DNA of 61,133 bases from Anaeramoeba ignava BMAN (Eukaryota; Protista; Anaeramoebae). The notes beneath the pieces are model-generated. The model was not told where the DNA came from. It made no database searches and saw only the letters and a program-made list of their open reading frames with translations. Positions within the stretch are counted from its first letter, which is position 1, and each line of letters begins with the position of its first letter. Below are positions 14,230 through 25,736 of the stretch, piece by piece. The stretch spans positions 1-61,133 of the forward strand of contig JAPDFW010000034.1 in the NCBI GenBank assembly GCA_028826165.1, read 5' to 3'. The translations under genes were made by a program, and so were the position numbers.

Positions 14230-16070
14230 TTTATTAAATTTATAATTAAATTGATAATTAAAATTGATAATTAAATTTTATAATAAATTTAAATATGATA
14301 ATTAAAATTAATAATTATTAAATTAATAATTAAATTGATAATTAAATTGGTATTTAAATTTTATAATTAAATTGATTAATAATTATATATAATAAATTTA
14401 TAAATATATAAATTTATAATTAAATTGATAATTAAATTGTTATAATTTTAAATTGATATAATAAAATAAATTGATAATAAATTGTATATATATAATTGTT
14501 AATGATAATTAAATTTATAATTAAATTGATATTAAATTGATAATTAAATTGATAATTAAATTATTAATATTTAAAATTAAATTGGTATAATTAAATTGAT
14601 AATTAAAATTGATAATAAATTTATAATAAAATTGATAATTAAATTATATAATTAATATTTATAATAATAATTGTATTTATAATGTAAATAATAAATTTAT
14701 AATAAATATTATAAATTGATAATTAAATTTTGATAATAAATTGATAATTAAAATGTTAAATTAATATTGATAAATTTAAAATTGATAATTAAATTGATAA
14801 TTAAATTTGATAAAATTGATAATCAAATTGATATATTAAATTTATAATTAAATTGATATTTTAAAATAAAATATTTGGTAATTAAAATTATAATTAAATT
14901 GATATTTATAATGAAATTTAATAACAATTTGATAATTACAAAATTGATAATTAAATAAAATAATAATTAAATTTATAATGCGAAATTGAATAATTAAATT
15001 ATAATAATATTGATAATTAAATATTAAAAGATTAAAATATTTATATAATAAAAAATTAAATTGATAATTAAATTAAATTTAAATTAATTTGATAATATTT
15101 GGTAAATTGTTAATTAAAATTGATAATTAAATTGTTAATAATTAAATTGGTAAATTAAAATAATATTGATTAAAATTTAAATAAATTATTATAATAATAT
15201 TAAATTGATAATTGGAAATTAATAAATTGATAATAAATTTAAATTGATTAAATTGATAATAAAATTGATAATTAAATTGATAATTATTAAATTGATATAA
15301 TAAATTAATAAATTGATAATTAAATTGATAATTAAAATTGTTATAATAAATTGTATAATTAATTTGTTATTGATAATTAAATTTATAATAAATTGATAAT
15401 TAAATTGATAATTAAATTGTTAATTAAATTGATAATTAAAATTGATAATTAAATTGATAATTTAAAATTTGATAATTAAGGAGTTGATAATTTAAATTGT
15501 TAATTAAATTGTTAATTAAATTGATAAATTGATAATAAAATTGATAATTAAATTGGTAATTAAATTGATTAAATAAATAATTAAATTGATAATTAAAATG
15601 ATAACAAAATTTGATAATTGATAAAATTGGATAATTTTTAATTATAAAATTGATAATAAATTAAATTGATAATTAAATTGTTAATAAATTATAATTAAAT
15701 TGATAATTAAATTGATAATTAAATTGATAATTAAATTAATAATTAAATTGATAAATAATTATATTGATAATTAATATTGTATAATTAAATTGATAATTAA
15801 ATTGATAATTAAATTGATAATAATAAATTAATAAATTTTAATTAAATTGATAATTAAATTGTGATAATTAAATTTATAATAATATAAATTGGTATAATAA
15901 ATTGATAATTAATTAATTGATAATTAAATTGATAATTAAATTGATAATTAAAATTGATAATGAAAATTGATAATTAAATTTATAATTAAATTGTTAATTA
16001 AATTGATAATTAAATTGATAATTAAATTGATAATTAAATTGATAATTAAATTGTTAATTAAATTGATAAT
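14230..16070. repeat. Noisy copy of the 12-mer satellite (AATTAAATTGAT)n
   Basis: Same unit as 25737-29243. Confidence 0.8.
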
Positions 16071-16840
16071 CAATATTTCAAGTAAAAGATACAAAAACAG
16101 AATCAAAAAGTCAAATAAAAGCACACACAAACACTAATAATCGAACTTATAATCGAATTTATAATCGAACTAATAATCGAACTTATAATCGAACTAATAA
16201 TCGAACTAATAATCGAACAAACAAAAGCAAAAATATATACTCGAAACTTATAGAAGCATATAATAAGAATACTAAAAACTATTCTATTTTAAGGTTAAAA
16301 AATAGATAAATGCTCAAATAATTAAACTATTAATTAAATTATTATTGAATCCATAAATGTACACAATTCGAGCACAAAACTATCACGAAAATAAATATAT
16401 AAGCAACTTAATATTTGTAAAAGGAGGATATTAAATAAAAAGAATGAAAAAAAATGAAAAAGAAAAAAAGGGAAAAAATTTTTTTTTTGAAATTTTTTTT
16501 TTAAAAAACCCTGAAAACAATTTAACTCAAGATTTGGAAAAGGTTTCATAAATTAATATCCATTTAAAACTTACTTCAATAAAGATATACAGTTAATGAG
16601 AAATTAAATAAATAGAAAATAAATTAGATTTTTCATAAAACAATTATAAACCACTTTTTAATAATAAACAATCAAACAAATAGAAAGTAGAATATTTATA
16701 AGAAAAATATAGCGATTAAGACACATTTATTTTATAATAGGGTAAAGAAATAAATTGTATAAATTGAGATTGGCCTGGCAAATGAAAAAATTTTTATTAA
16801 AATTTTATTGAATTTTTTATTGAAATTTTTATAAAATTTT
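16071..16840 (+). repeat. About 770-bp direct repeat, copy 1 (right-subterminal block of the transposon without its TIR)
   Basis: Near-identical to 29244-30011, including the (TAATCGAACTAA)n mini-array and GATTGGCCTGGCAAATG. Confidence 0.92.
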
Positions 16841-17277
16841 TATTAAATTTTTATTAAAGAATACGTGTCAATTTTTCAATTAGATTTTTAATTTAAATTT
16901 ATAATTGTTTTTAAATAAGGTTTTTAATTCAAAAACTTAATCAAAATGCTATTCTTCTTTTACTTTTAATTGAAATAATATGAAAATTTAGTTATTAAAA
17001 ACAATAACAAAAATAACAAAAACAACTAAAATTTTGTTTTATTTCTTTTTTTTTTATTTAAATTAGTTATAAACAATTATAACTAATAATTCATAAATCA
17101 ATAAACAAACAATTTTAAATCAAAATACAAAATAAAAAAAAATTTTTTTTTTTGCTTTTTCTGATCTTTGTTTATTTATTGATCCATTTTTTTTCATTCA
17201 TTTTTCTAATTCATTTTTCTAATTTTTTTTCATTCATTTTTCTAATTCTTTTTCTAATTCTTTTTATAATTCTTTTT

Positions 17278-19221
17278 ATGATAAATAACATACCTTTTCA
17301 AAATCTGCAAGTGAACAAACAAAAAGGTCTTTTCTTTAATGGATATTCATACCCAATCTTGACAGTCATTGAAATCCTTATTTGCTTTGCTGAATTTTGT
17401 GTTAATGATCTGATCCTCAATATCCCACGTCCTTCTTTCCGGGAAATGGAAGACCAATTTAAAAAAGGCAAAACATTCTTAAACAGATTGTATAATCTGT
17501 TTGTTTCCAAACTATTTCAAATATCACAAGAATTGATCCATATAACAGAAGTGACTCTACCCGAAATTATTGTTGAAGCAATTTTCCAGACGACAGAAGA
17601 ATACTGGACTAAAAAATACATATCAAATTCTCAAAATCATTCCCAAAAAAAAATCAAAGAAAATCATCAAGCATTTATTCAAAATCAAATAGAGAATACC
17701 CCAGAAATTTTTCTCAAAGAGTTAAAATCAAAGCTAGCCAATACTTTTGATTTAGATGTTTCCCTTTCAACAATATACAAGCATTTATCAAATGAAATGG
17801 GATTTACTAAAAAAAAAATGAATCTGCGAGCACCACGCAAATATGAACCAGAGAACATGGAATACTATCAAATGTTTTATCTGCTTATGCAGAACATATT
17901 TGCCCACTATCCTCTTGATCGAGTCTTTTTTCTTGACGAGACAGGTGTGAACCTCCATAACGCCTACAGAACAACTGGATGGTCCAGTAAAGGGAAAAAA
18001 ATAATTGCTCCTTTCTTTAATAGAAACCAAAAATACAGAATAAATTCCATTTGCACCTTTTCTATTTTGGGATTTATCTCTTTAGACTCTCATAAAAGTA
18101 CAATCAATCAATGGTTGTTTTGGGAGTACATTCGGGATGTGTTATTTGCTCAGCTTCCTCCATCTAGCGTGCTTGTGATGGATAACTGTGCGATCCATCA
18201 CGCAATAGATTATGAAATGAAAACAATATTTGCAACAAAAGATATCATGCTTGTTTATCTCCCCGCATACTCGCCTGAGCTTAACCCTATAGAAATGGCG
18301 TTTGGAGTTATTAAGAAAATGCTGAAAAATCATACTGAAGAATTTATATCAAATCCGTTTAATACTTGGCATAAACTATTTAGTGAATTCAATGAAAACC
18401 AAAATTGCTTAAATTTTTTTCTAGAAGATTATCCATTTCTAAAGGATCCAAATTTTAAATACACACTTTCTGAAAATTTAAACAACAATTTTAATAATAA
18501 TTTTAACTTTCATTTTAATGATAATTTGAATGATAATTTGAATGATAATTTGAATGATAATTTGAATGATAATTTGAATGATAATTTGAATGATAATTTG
18601 AATGATAATTTGAATGATAATTTGAATGATAATTTCAACAATTTGAACATTAATTTAAACAACAACTTAAACAATTTTAATGATAATTTAAGCAACAATT
18701 TAAACAACAATTTAAACAATAACTTTAATGATAATTTAAATGATAATTTTAATGATAATTTAAATGATAATTTAAATGATAATTTTAATGATAATTTAAA
18801 CAACAACTTAAACAACAATTTTAATGATAATTTTAATGATAATTTCAATAATAATTTCAATAACAACTTCAACAACAATTTAAACAACAATTTAAACAAC
18901 AATTTAAACAACAATTTAAACAACAATTTAAACAACAATTTAAACAACAATTTAAACAACAATTTAAACAACAATTTAAACAACAATTTAAACAACAATT
19001 TAAACAACAATTTAAATAATAATTTAAACAATTTGAATGATAATTTTAATGATAATTTTAATGATAATTTTAATGATAATTTTAATGATAATTTCAACAA
19101 CAACTTAAACAACAATTTAAATGATAATTTAAACAACTTCAATAACAATTTAAACAACAATTTAAACAACAATTTTAATGATAATTTAAACAACAATTTT
19201 AATGATAATTTTAATGCCTGA
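17278..19221 (+). CDS. IS630/Tc1-family DDE transposase (DD36E) with HTH DNA-binding region and long Asn-rich C-terminal tail
   Basis: HTH-like PEIFLKELKSKL...VSLSTIYKHL...GFTKKK; catalytic motifs VFFLDETG, VLVMDNCAIHH and LPAYSPELNPIE with 36 residues between the second D and E; first ATG at 17278 (the earlier part of the ORF is T-rich leader). Confidence 0.93.
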   Translation: MINNIPFQNLQVNKQKGLFFNGYSYPILTVIEILICFAEFCVNDLILNIPRPSFREMEDQFKKGKTFLNRLYNLFVSKLFQISQELIHITEVTLPEIIVEAIFQTTEEYWTKKYISNSQNHSQKKIKENHQAFIQNQIENTPEIFLKELKSKLANTFDLDVSLSTIYKHLSNEMGFTKKKMNLRAPRKYEPENMEYYQMFYLLMQNIFAHYPLDRVFFLDETGVNLHNAYRTTGWSSKGKKIIAPFFNRNQKYRINSICTFSILGFISLDSHKSTINQWLFWEYIRDVLFAQLPPSSVLVMDNCAIHHAIDYEMKTIFATKDIMLVYLPAYSPELNPIEMAFGVIKKMLKNHTEEFISNPFNTWHKLFSEFNENQNCLNFFLEDYPFLKDPNFKYTLSENLNNNFNNNFNFHFNDNLNDNLNDNLNDNLNDNLNDNLNDNLNDNLNDNLNDNFNNLNINLNNNLNNFNDNLSNNLNNNLNNNFNDNLNDNFNDNLNDNLNDNFNDNLNNNLNNNFNDNFNDNFNNNFNNNFNNNLNNNLNNNLNNNLNNNLNNNLNNNLNNNLNNNLNNNLNNNLNNNLNNNLNNLNDNFNDNFNDNFNDNFNDNFNNNLNNNLNDNLNNFNNNLNNNLNNNFNDNLNNNFNDNFNA

Positions 19222-19538
19222 TTCAAGGAGAACTTTAATTCTCAATCTCACTTTAATTCAAATTCTAATAACAGCTATAATAATTATATTTCTCTATTTT
19301 CAATTTGAAATTCTTTTTTTTTCTTTTTTTCTTTCCAAATATTTGGATTTTTCACACAATAAGAAAAAACTATTAAAAAAAAAATTTTTTTTTGTTTTGT
19401 TTTGTTTTGTTTTGTTTTATTGGAAGGGATCCTCCCAGGAGTATCTTTCCAGCTTATGCTGGCATTTAAGAAATTTTTTTTATTTTTTTTCATTTTTCAT
19501 TTTTCAAGTACTAAACGACAATAATTAATTTCAAAGAA

Positions 19539-22299
19539 ATGGATAAAGAAATGAATAAAAAAGAAAAAGAAAAAGAAAAGAAAAAGAAAAAGAAAAAGAA
19601 AAAGAAAAAGAAAAAAAAGAAAAAAAAGAAAAAGAAAAAAAAGAAAAAATTTTCAAAGAGTTAGAAACATGGAAAAGACTAGAAATTTCTACAGAGAATA
19701 TTATCTTTTCTTTATGGAACGGAAATATATTTCGTGATAACTTATCCAACGAGAAAGTACAAAAAAGAATGGATTTATTTGCTGAATTCAAAAAAAAAAA
19801 TCTATTTAGCACGGAGGATTATTTGGGATCTATGAACATACTGAGAAAAATTACAGAAAATAGAATCCAACAGCAATTTCAAGAAAGGTTTGGCAATAAT
19901 CTACTTAGGGCAATTAATCATGAAGTAACAACAATCCAAAATGTATTTAGCAGACAAACGGCTCAAGCAAATGAAAATCGTATAAAAAAAAATAAAAAAA
20001 ACATAATATAATATAATATAATATAATATAATATAATATAATATAATATAATAATTTAAATAGAATTCCAGTCCAATAAAGTAATGAACAGCAGAGATCA
20101 AATTATTGAAAATTCAACTGAAAGAAATTTTAATGAAACTCAAGAAATACATATGCAAACAGAGATGAATTACAACAATAACAACAACAACAACAATAAC
20201 AATAACAATAATAATTATAATGAGAATAATGAGAATAATGAGAATAATGAGAATAATGAGAATAATGAGAATAATTATGAGAATAATGATAATAAAAATT
20301 TACAAAATTTTTCACAAAATGCTCGAGAAATCACTCAATCACAAGGTATTTAAAGAAATATTTTGTTGGTAATAATTTTTTATTCATTTTTTATTAATTG
20401 ATTTGTTTGGAATTACATCAAAATAAATAATATTGAAAATCTCATATACAAGAGAAAAAAAACAAGAAGTTAACATGCTCACTGTGTGACATGGAAAAAG
20501 AAACAGGACATGTTAGCATATGCCCATATTATCAAATCATGGATCATTTAGGAGTGCGTAGTGACTTCAACAAATTAAGTGCAGGTGCCAATCCAGCTAA
20601 AAAAAAATATATTTGCTATAAACTTCTCAAGCATGGTAACAATAAAGAAACCCAAGAAGAAATTACAAAGGGCATAGTAGCATGGCACTCCTCAATGTTT
20701 CAAGAAACACAAAAAGAAGAATTCAAATCTTTAGTGAACCAACTAAATCAACAAATGAAACAAAAAAATAATCAAAATTTTCAAAATTCAAATCCATTTT
20801 CCTCACCTCAAACAAATCAAAATGAAAGTAAAAGGACATTTCTAAAGCAATTAGGACAAAATCAAAATCAAAACTCAAATCAATTTCAATTTCAAAATCA
20901 AAATCTAAATGAAAACCAAAAACAGATGATCAAAGGACTTAATAAAGACTTATATGATAAAATAAGCACAAAAACAAGAAATAACAAATCAAAACCATAC
21001 CCAAACACAAATCAAATTCGAAATCAAATTCAAAATCAAAACTTAAACCAAAGTAGAATTCAAAATCAATTTCAAAATCAAAATTTAAATCAAAATTTAA
21101 ATCAAAACTTAAATCAAAACTTAAATCAAAGTAGAATTCAAAATCAAAACTCAAATCAAATTCAAAATCAGTTTCAAAATCAAAATTTAAATCAAATTCA
21201 AAATCAATTTCAAAATCAATTTCAAAATCAAAATTCAAATCAAAATTTAAATCAAAATTTAAATCAAAATTTAAATCAAAGTAGAATTCAAAATCAAAAC
21301 TTAAATCAATTTCAAAATCAAAATTCAAATCAAATTCAAAATCAATTTCAAAATCAATTTCAAAATCAATTTCAAAATCAATTTCGAAATCAAAATTCAA
21401 ATCAATTTCGAAATCAAAATTCAAATCAAAATTCAAATCAAAATTTAAATCAAATTCAAAATCAAATTTTAAATCAAATTCAAAATCAAAATTCAAATCA
21501 AATTCAAAATCAAAATTCAAATCAAAATTTAAATCAAAATTTAAATCAAAACTTAAATCAAAACTTAAATCAAAATTTAAATCAAAATTTAAATCAAAAT
21601 TTAAATCAAAATTTAAATCAAAATTTAAATCAAAACTTAAATCAAAACTTAAATCAAAACTTAAATCAAAACTTAAATCAAAACTTAAATCAAAACTTAA
21701 ATCAAAACTTAAATCAGAACTCAAATCAAAATTCAAATCAAAATTCAAATCAAAATTCAAATCAAAACTTAAATCAAAACTTAAATCAGAACTCAAATCA
21801 AAATTCAAATCAAAATTCAAATCAAAATTCAAATCAAAATTCAAATCAAAATTCAAATCAAAATTCAAATCAAAATTCAAATCAAAATTCAAATCAATTT
21901 CAAAATCAACTTCAAATTGAAATGGAAAAAGATGATAAATCTAAAAATGAAAAAAGAATTTATCCAAATGAAAAGAATTATAACCTAACTCTTAACCAAG
22001 AATTATATAATTCTATTGATGAATCTCGAACTCCAACCCAAAATTCAAATGAAAAAGAATCTGAATATGAAAATGAAAAAGAATCTGAATATGAAAATGA
22101 AAAAGAATCTGAATATGAAAATGAAAATGAACATCAAACTAAAGAAAACCAGAGAAAAGTAGATAATTTCATCACTCCTCCGTACACACCTGATCCAAAA
22201 AGCAAGAAAAATAAAAAACACAAAAAAAACAAAAACAAACACAAACAAAAAACCAAAAAAAGAAAAAAAAATTCCAAAAAATCATCACAAAAAGAATAA
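19539..22299 (+). CDS. Transposon cargo gene of unknown function: basic/acidic N-terminus, C-x2-C-x7-H-x3-C putative zinc finger, long Q/N low-complexity region, basic C-terminal tail; 3 exons
   Basis: Phase-1 introns 19980-20063 and 20346-20452 join ORFs 19769, 20084 and 20491 in frame; KKLTCSLCDMEKETGHVSICPYY; the ATG at 19539 needs a 1-nt correction in an (AAAAAG)n run. Confidence 0.65.
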
Positions 22300-24267
22300 A
22301 CCAAGTAGAGAAGAATCACCCAAAAAAAGAAACAAAATAAAGCAAAAAAAATGAAGCGAATTCAATTTCTGCAACCAAATTTTGCTTTTCTACTTCTTCT
22401 TTTTTTACTTCTTCTTTTTTTACTTCTTCTTTTTTTACTTCTTCTTTTTTTACTTCTTCTTTTTTTACTTCTTCTTTTCCCAAATAAAATCCAATTCAAT
22501 TTCCAACTTCATTCAAGATTCTTTTAACTTTTTATTTTAATTTCATCAAAATTAAAAAAAACAATAATAATTATAATAATAATAATAGGAAACACATATT
22601 TTTTTTCTTCATTTCTTGAATATAGCAATATTGAACTAAAATATCCAATCAATGATATGTTTTCTAATCATTTCACTTATTCATTAATTTATTTTTATTT
22701 TTATTTTTATTTTTATTTTTATTTTTATTTTTATTTTTATTTTTATTTTTATATTTATCATTTTATCACAACTAATGTAGCATTGAAATAATGATTTATT
22801 TGATAGAAATTCACATTTAAGACAAGACGAAATTAAATATATTATGGAAGATATTCATATATTTTGATCTTTATTCAATTTTCAAATTGACAAAATCTAT
22901 AATATTTAGTATATTCATAATTTTTTTGATTCAATATATATAAGATAATACATCACAAAAAAAGGATCAATATCAAAAAATTTAAACAAACCATTTCTGT
23001 AGAAGCTTTTTTTTTTGAGAAGTGTGTCATTGTTCATCTTGAGATATTTTTGAGCATAAAAATATTGATTTACTTATTAATATTATTGTTTTCATATTCC
23101 TTGAGAAGTGAATTGTTTCTTTTTCTTTTTCTTTTCTTTTGTTTTTTTTTGTTCTTCATCTTTATCAATTTTAAGACTTGGAAAATCAGAGAAATATGAC
23201 AAGTCATTGAAAGTATTGGAATTATTATGACCAAAAGAAACAAGAAAGAAAGGAGAGAAACTAAATAAATTGTTTTTACCTTAGAATCGACCTAAATTTT
23301 TGCATTGATTTGTGATCTTACTCCCTATACTACAATGAAAGAAATTCCAATACAACTATTCATAAAGCATTCCCAAAGATAAGAAAATGACCATCCATTT
23401 TTCATAGTGTGAATACAAGAAGAATGTTTTTTTTTACAAATAATTCCTATAATTTTTATCAGATATAAACAAGTTGATTCTTTATCATTTTCTATGTAAT
23501 TCCTGATTTGTAAATGGATACTTTTTAAGTTGGTCTTTGTACTCATCTCATTTAAATTCACAATTTGAGTTTCATCATTCAATTATAGCTCTTTATTTCA
23601 ATATAGAATGTCATTATTATGTTGTCTCTTACAAAGAATGTTAGATCTGAAGAAAATATTCTTTGAGGGGATGTGAAAAGTAATCATCATTTATCTATGA
23701 TATACATTCAAATATTTCACGTATTTAATTGGCCACAAATTTGGGGAATCAGTTCCATAAACGTATATCCTGGGATGAATTTATGAGTTTTTCTTAATTA
23801 AAATATCAATAATATCACTAAAAGAATTATTATAAATTGGTTTCACACAACTTGATAATAATAAAAGGAAACAAAATTAACAGAAAAAGGTCAGTAACAA
23901 TCAACAATCTTAGTCATATACATATCCTATTAATTCATTTATATCTACATCCCCTCCTATCTATATTTTATTTACCTAAATAACAAAAATATCATCTCCT
24001 TTTTCATATTTACGAGAAAAATGAGTTAGTATAATAAAAATTTTTTTAAGAATTTGTTGTAGAAGCTAACAAAAAATTGTATCATCCTTTTTCTTTTTTT
24101 TTTGATCTAATCAGAACTCAGAAAAAGTTTTTCTGCATAAGAATTTTGATTATCGGGAAAATAGAATAGAGTTTACAAATTCAAAATATTGCTGATTGAA
24201 CAGGAGAAACAACTGAAAATTTTCAAAACAAAACAAAACGCAAAAAAAACAAAACAAAACAAAACAA

Positions 24268-24298
<31 letters not shown>

Positions 24299-24419
24299 CG
24301 CAAAAAAAAGGTATCAATGATTCTTATTAAACAGTAGCAATTTCAAGAAAAAATAAGATGGAAGATGAAAAGAAACAATAACAAAAGTCAAAATAAAAGA
24401 TGAGAATATCATAATATAT

Positions 24420-25200
24420 GCAATCAATATATATAATCAATATTTATAATATATATAATCAATATTTATAATATATATAATCAATATATATATAATCAAT
24501 ATTTATAATATATATAATCAATATATATATAATCAATATATATATAATCAATATATATATAATCAATATTTATATTATAAATATAATATATATAATCAAT
24601 ATATATATAATCAATATTTATAATATATATAATCAATATATATATAATCAATATTTACAATATATATAATCAATATATATATATATAATCAATATTTATA
24701 ATATATATAATCAATATATATATATATATATATATAATCAATATTTATTTATATTATAAATATAATATATATAATCAATATATATATAATCAATATATAT
24801 AATCAATATATATATAATCAATATATATATAATCAATATATATATATATAATCAATATTTATATATTATAAATATAATATATATAATCAATATATATAAT
24901 CAATATTTATATTATAAATATAATATATATAATCAATATATATATAATCAATATATATATAATCAATATTTATAATATAATAATAATATATAATAATATT
25001 TATATTATAAATATAATATATATATATATATATAATCAATATTTATATTATAAATATAATATATATAATCAATATTTATATAATCAATATATATATAATC
25101 AATATTTATAATATATAATAATAATATATAATAATATTTATATAATCAATATATATAATCAATATATATATTATAAATATAATATAATATAATATATATA
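24420..25200. repeat. AT-rich minisatellite based on ATATATATAATCAAT
   Basis: Visible tandem repeat. Confidence 0.8.
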
Positions 25201-25219
25201 ATAAAAAGAAAGACAAATA

Positions 25220-25595
25220 CAAATTCACCAATAAACTCACAAATAAATTCACCAATAAACTCACAAATAAATTCACCAATAAAAACCCAAATAAATTCAC
25301 CAATAAAAACCCAAATAAACGTACATATAAACGCCCATATAAACGCCCATATAAACGCCCATATAAACGCCCAAATAAACGCCCAAATAAACGCCCAAAT
25401 AAACGCCCAAATAAACGCCCAAATAAACGCCCATATAAACGCCCATATAAACGCCCATATAAACGCCCATATAAACGCCCATATAAACGCCCATATAAAC
25501 GCCCAAATAAACGCCCATATAAACGCCCAAATAAACGCCCAAATAAACGCCCAAATAAACGCCCAAATAAACGTACATATCAACACCCAAATAAA
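25220..25595. repeat. 12-mer satellite (A[A/T]ATAAACGCCC)n and related units
   Basis: Visible tandem repeat. Confidence 0.88.
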
Positions 25596-25736
25596 CACAT
25601 TAAAAAATACATAGATAGATATATTTGTAAGTGTAAATTGAAAATGAAAAAGATAAAGAATTGGAAGTTAAGATAATAGCTGAATACAAGAAAAAATTAA
25701 ATGAACTGTTAGCTAAATTTCTGAATGAAGTGTGCT

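Noticed and set aside
17152-17277. Hydrophobic N-terminal extension (membrane anchor) on the transposase
   Set aside because: Starts at a TTG in a T-rich leader; the degenerate copy at 10606 begins at the ATG equivalent to 17278
25220-25595. CRISPR-like or telomere-like array
   Set aside because: Contiguous 12-mers without unique spacers, no cas genes, internal to a transposon in eukaryotic DNA
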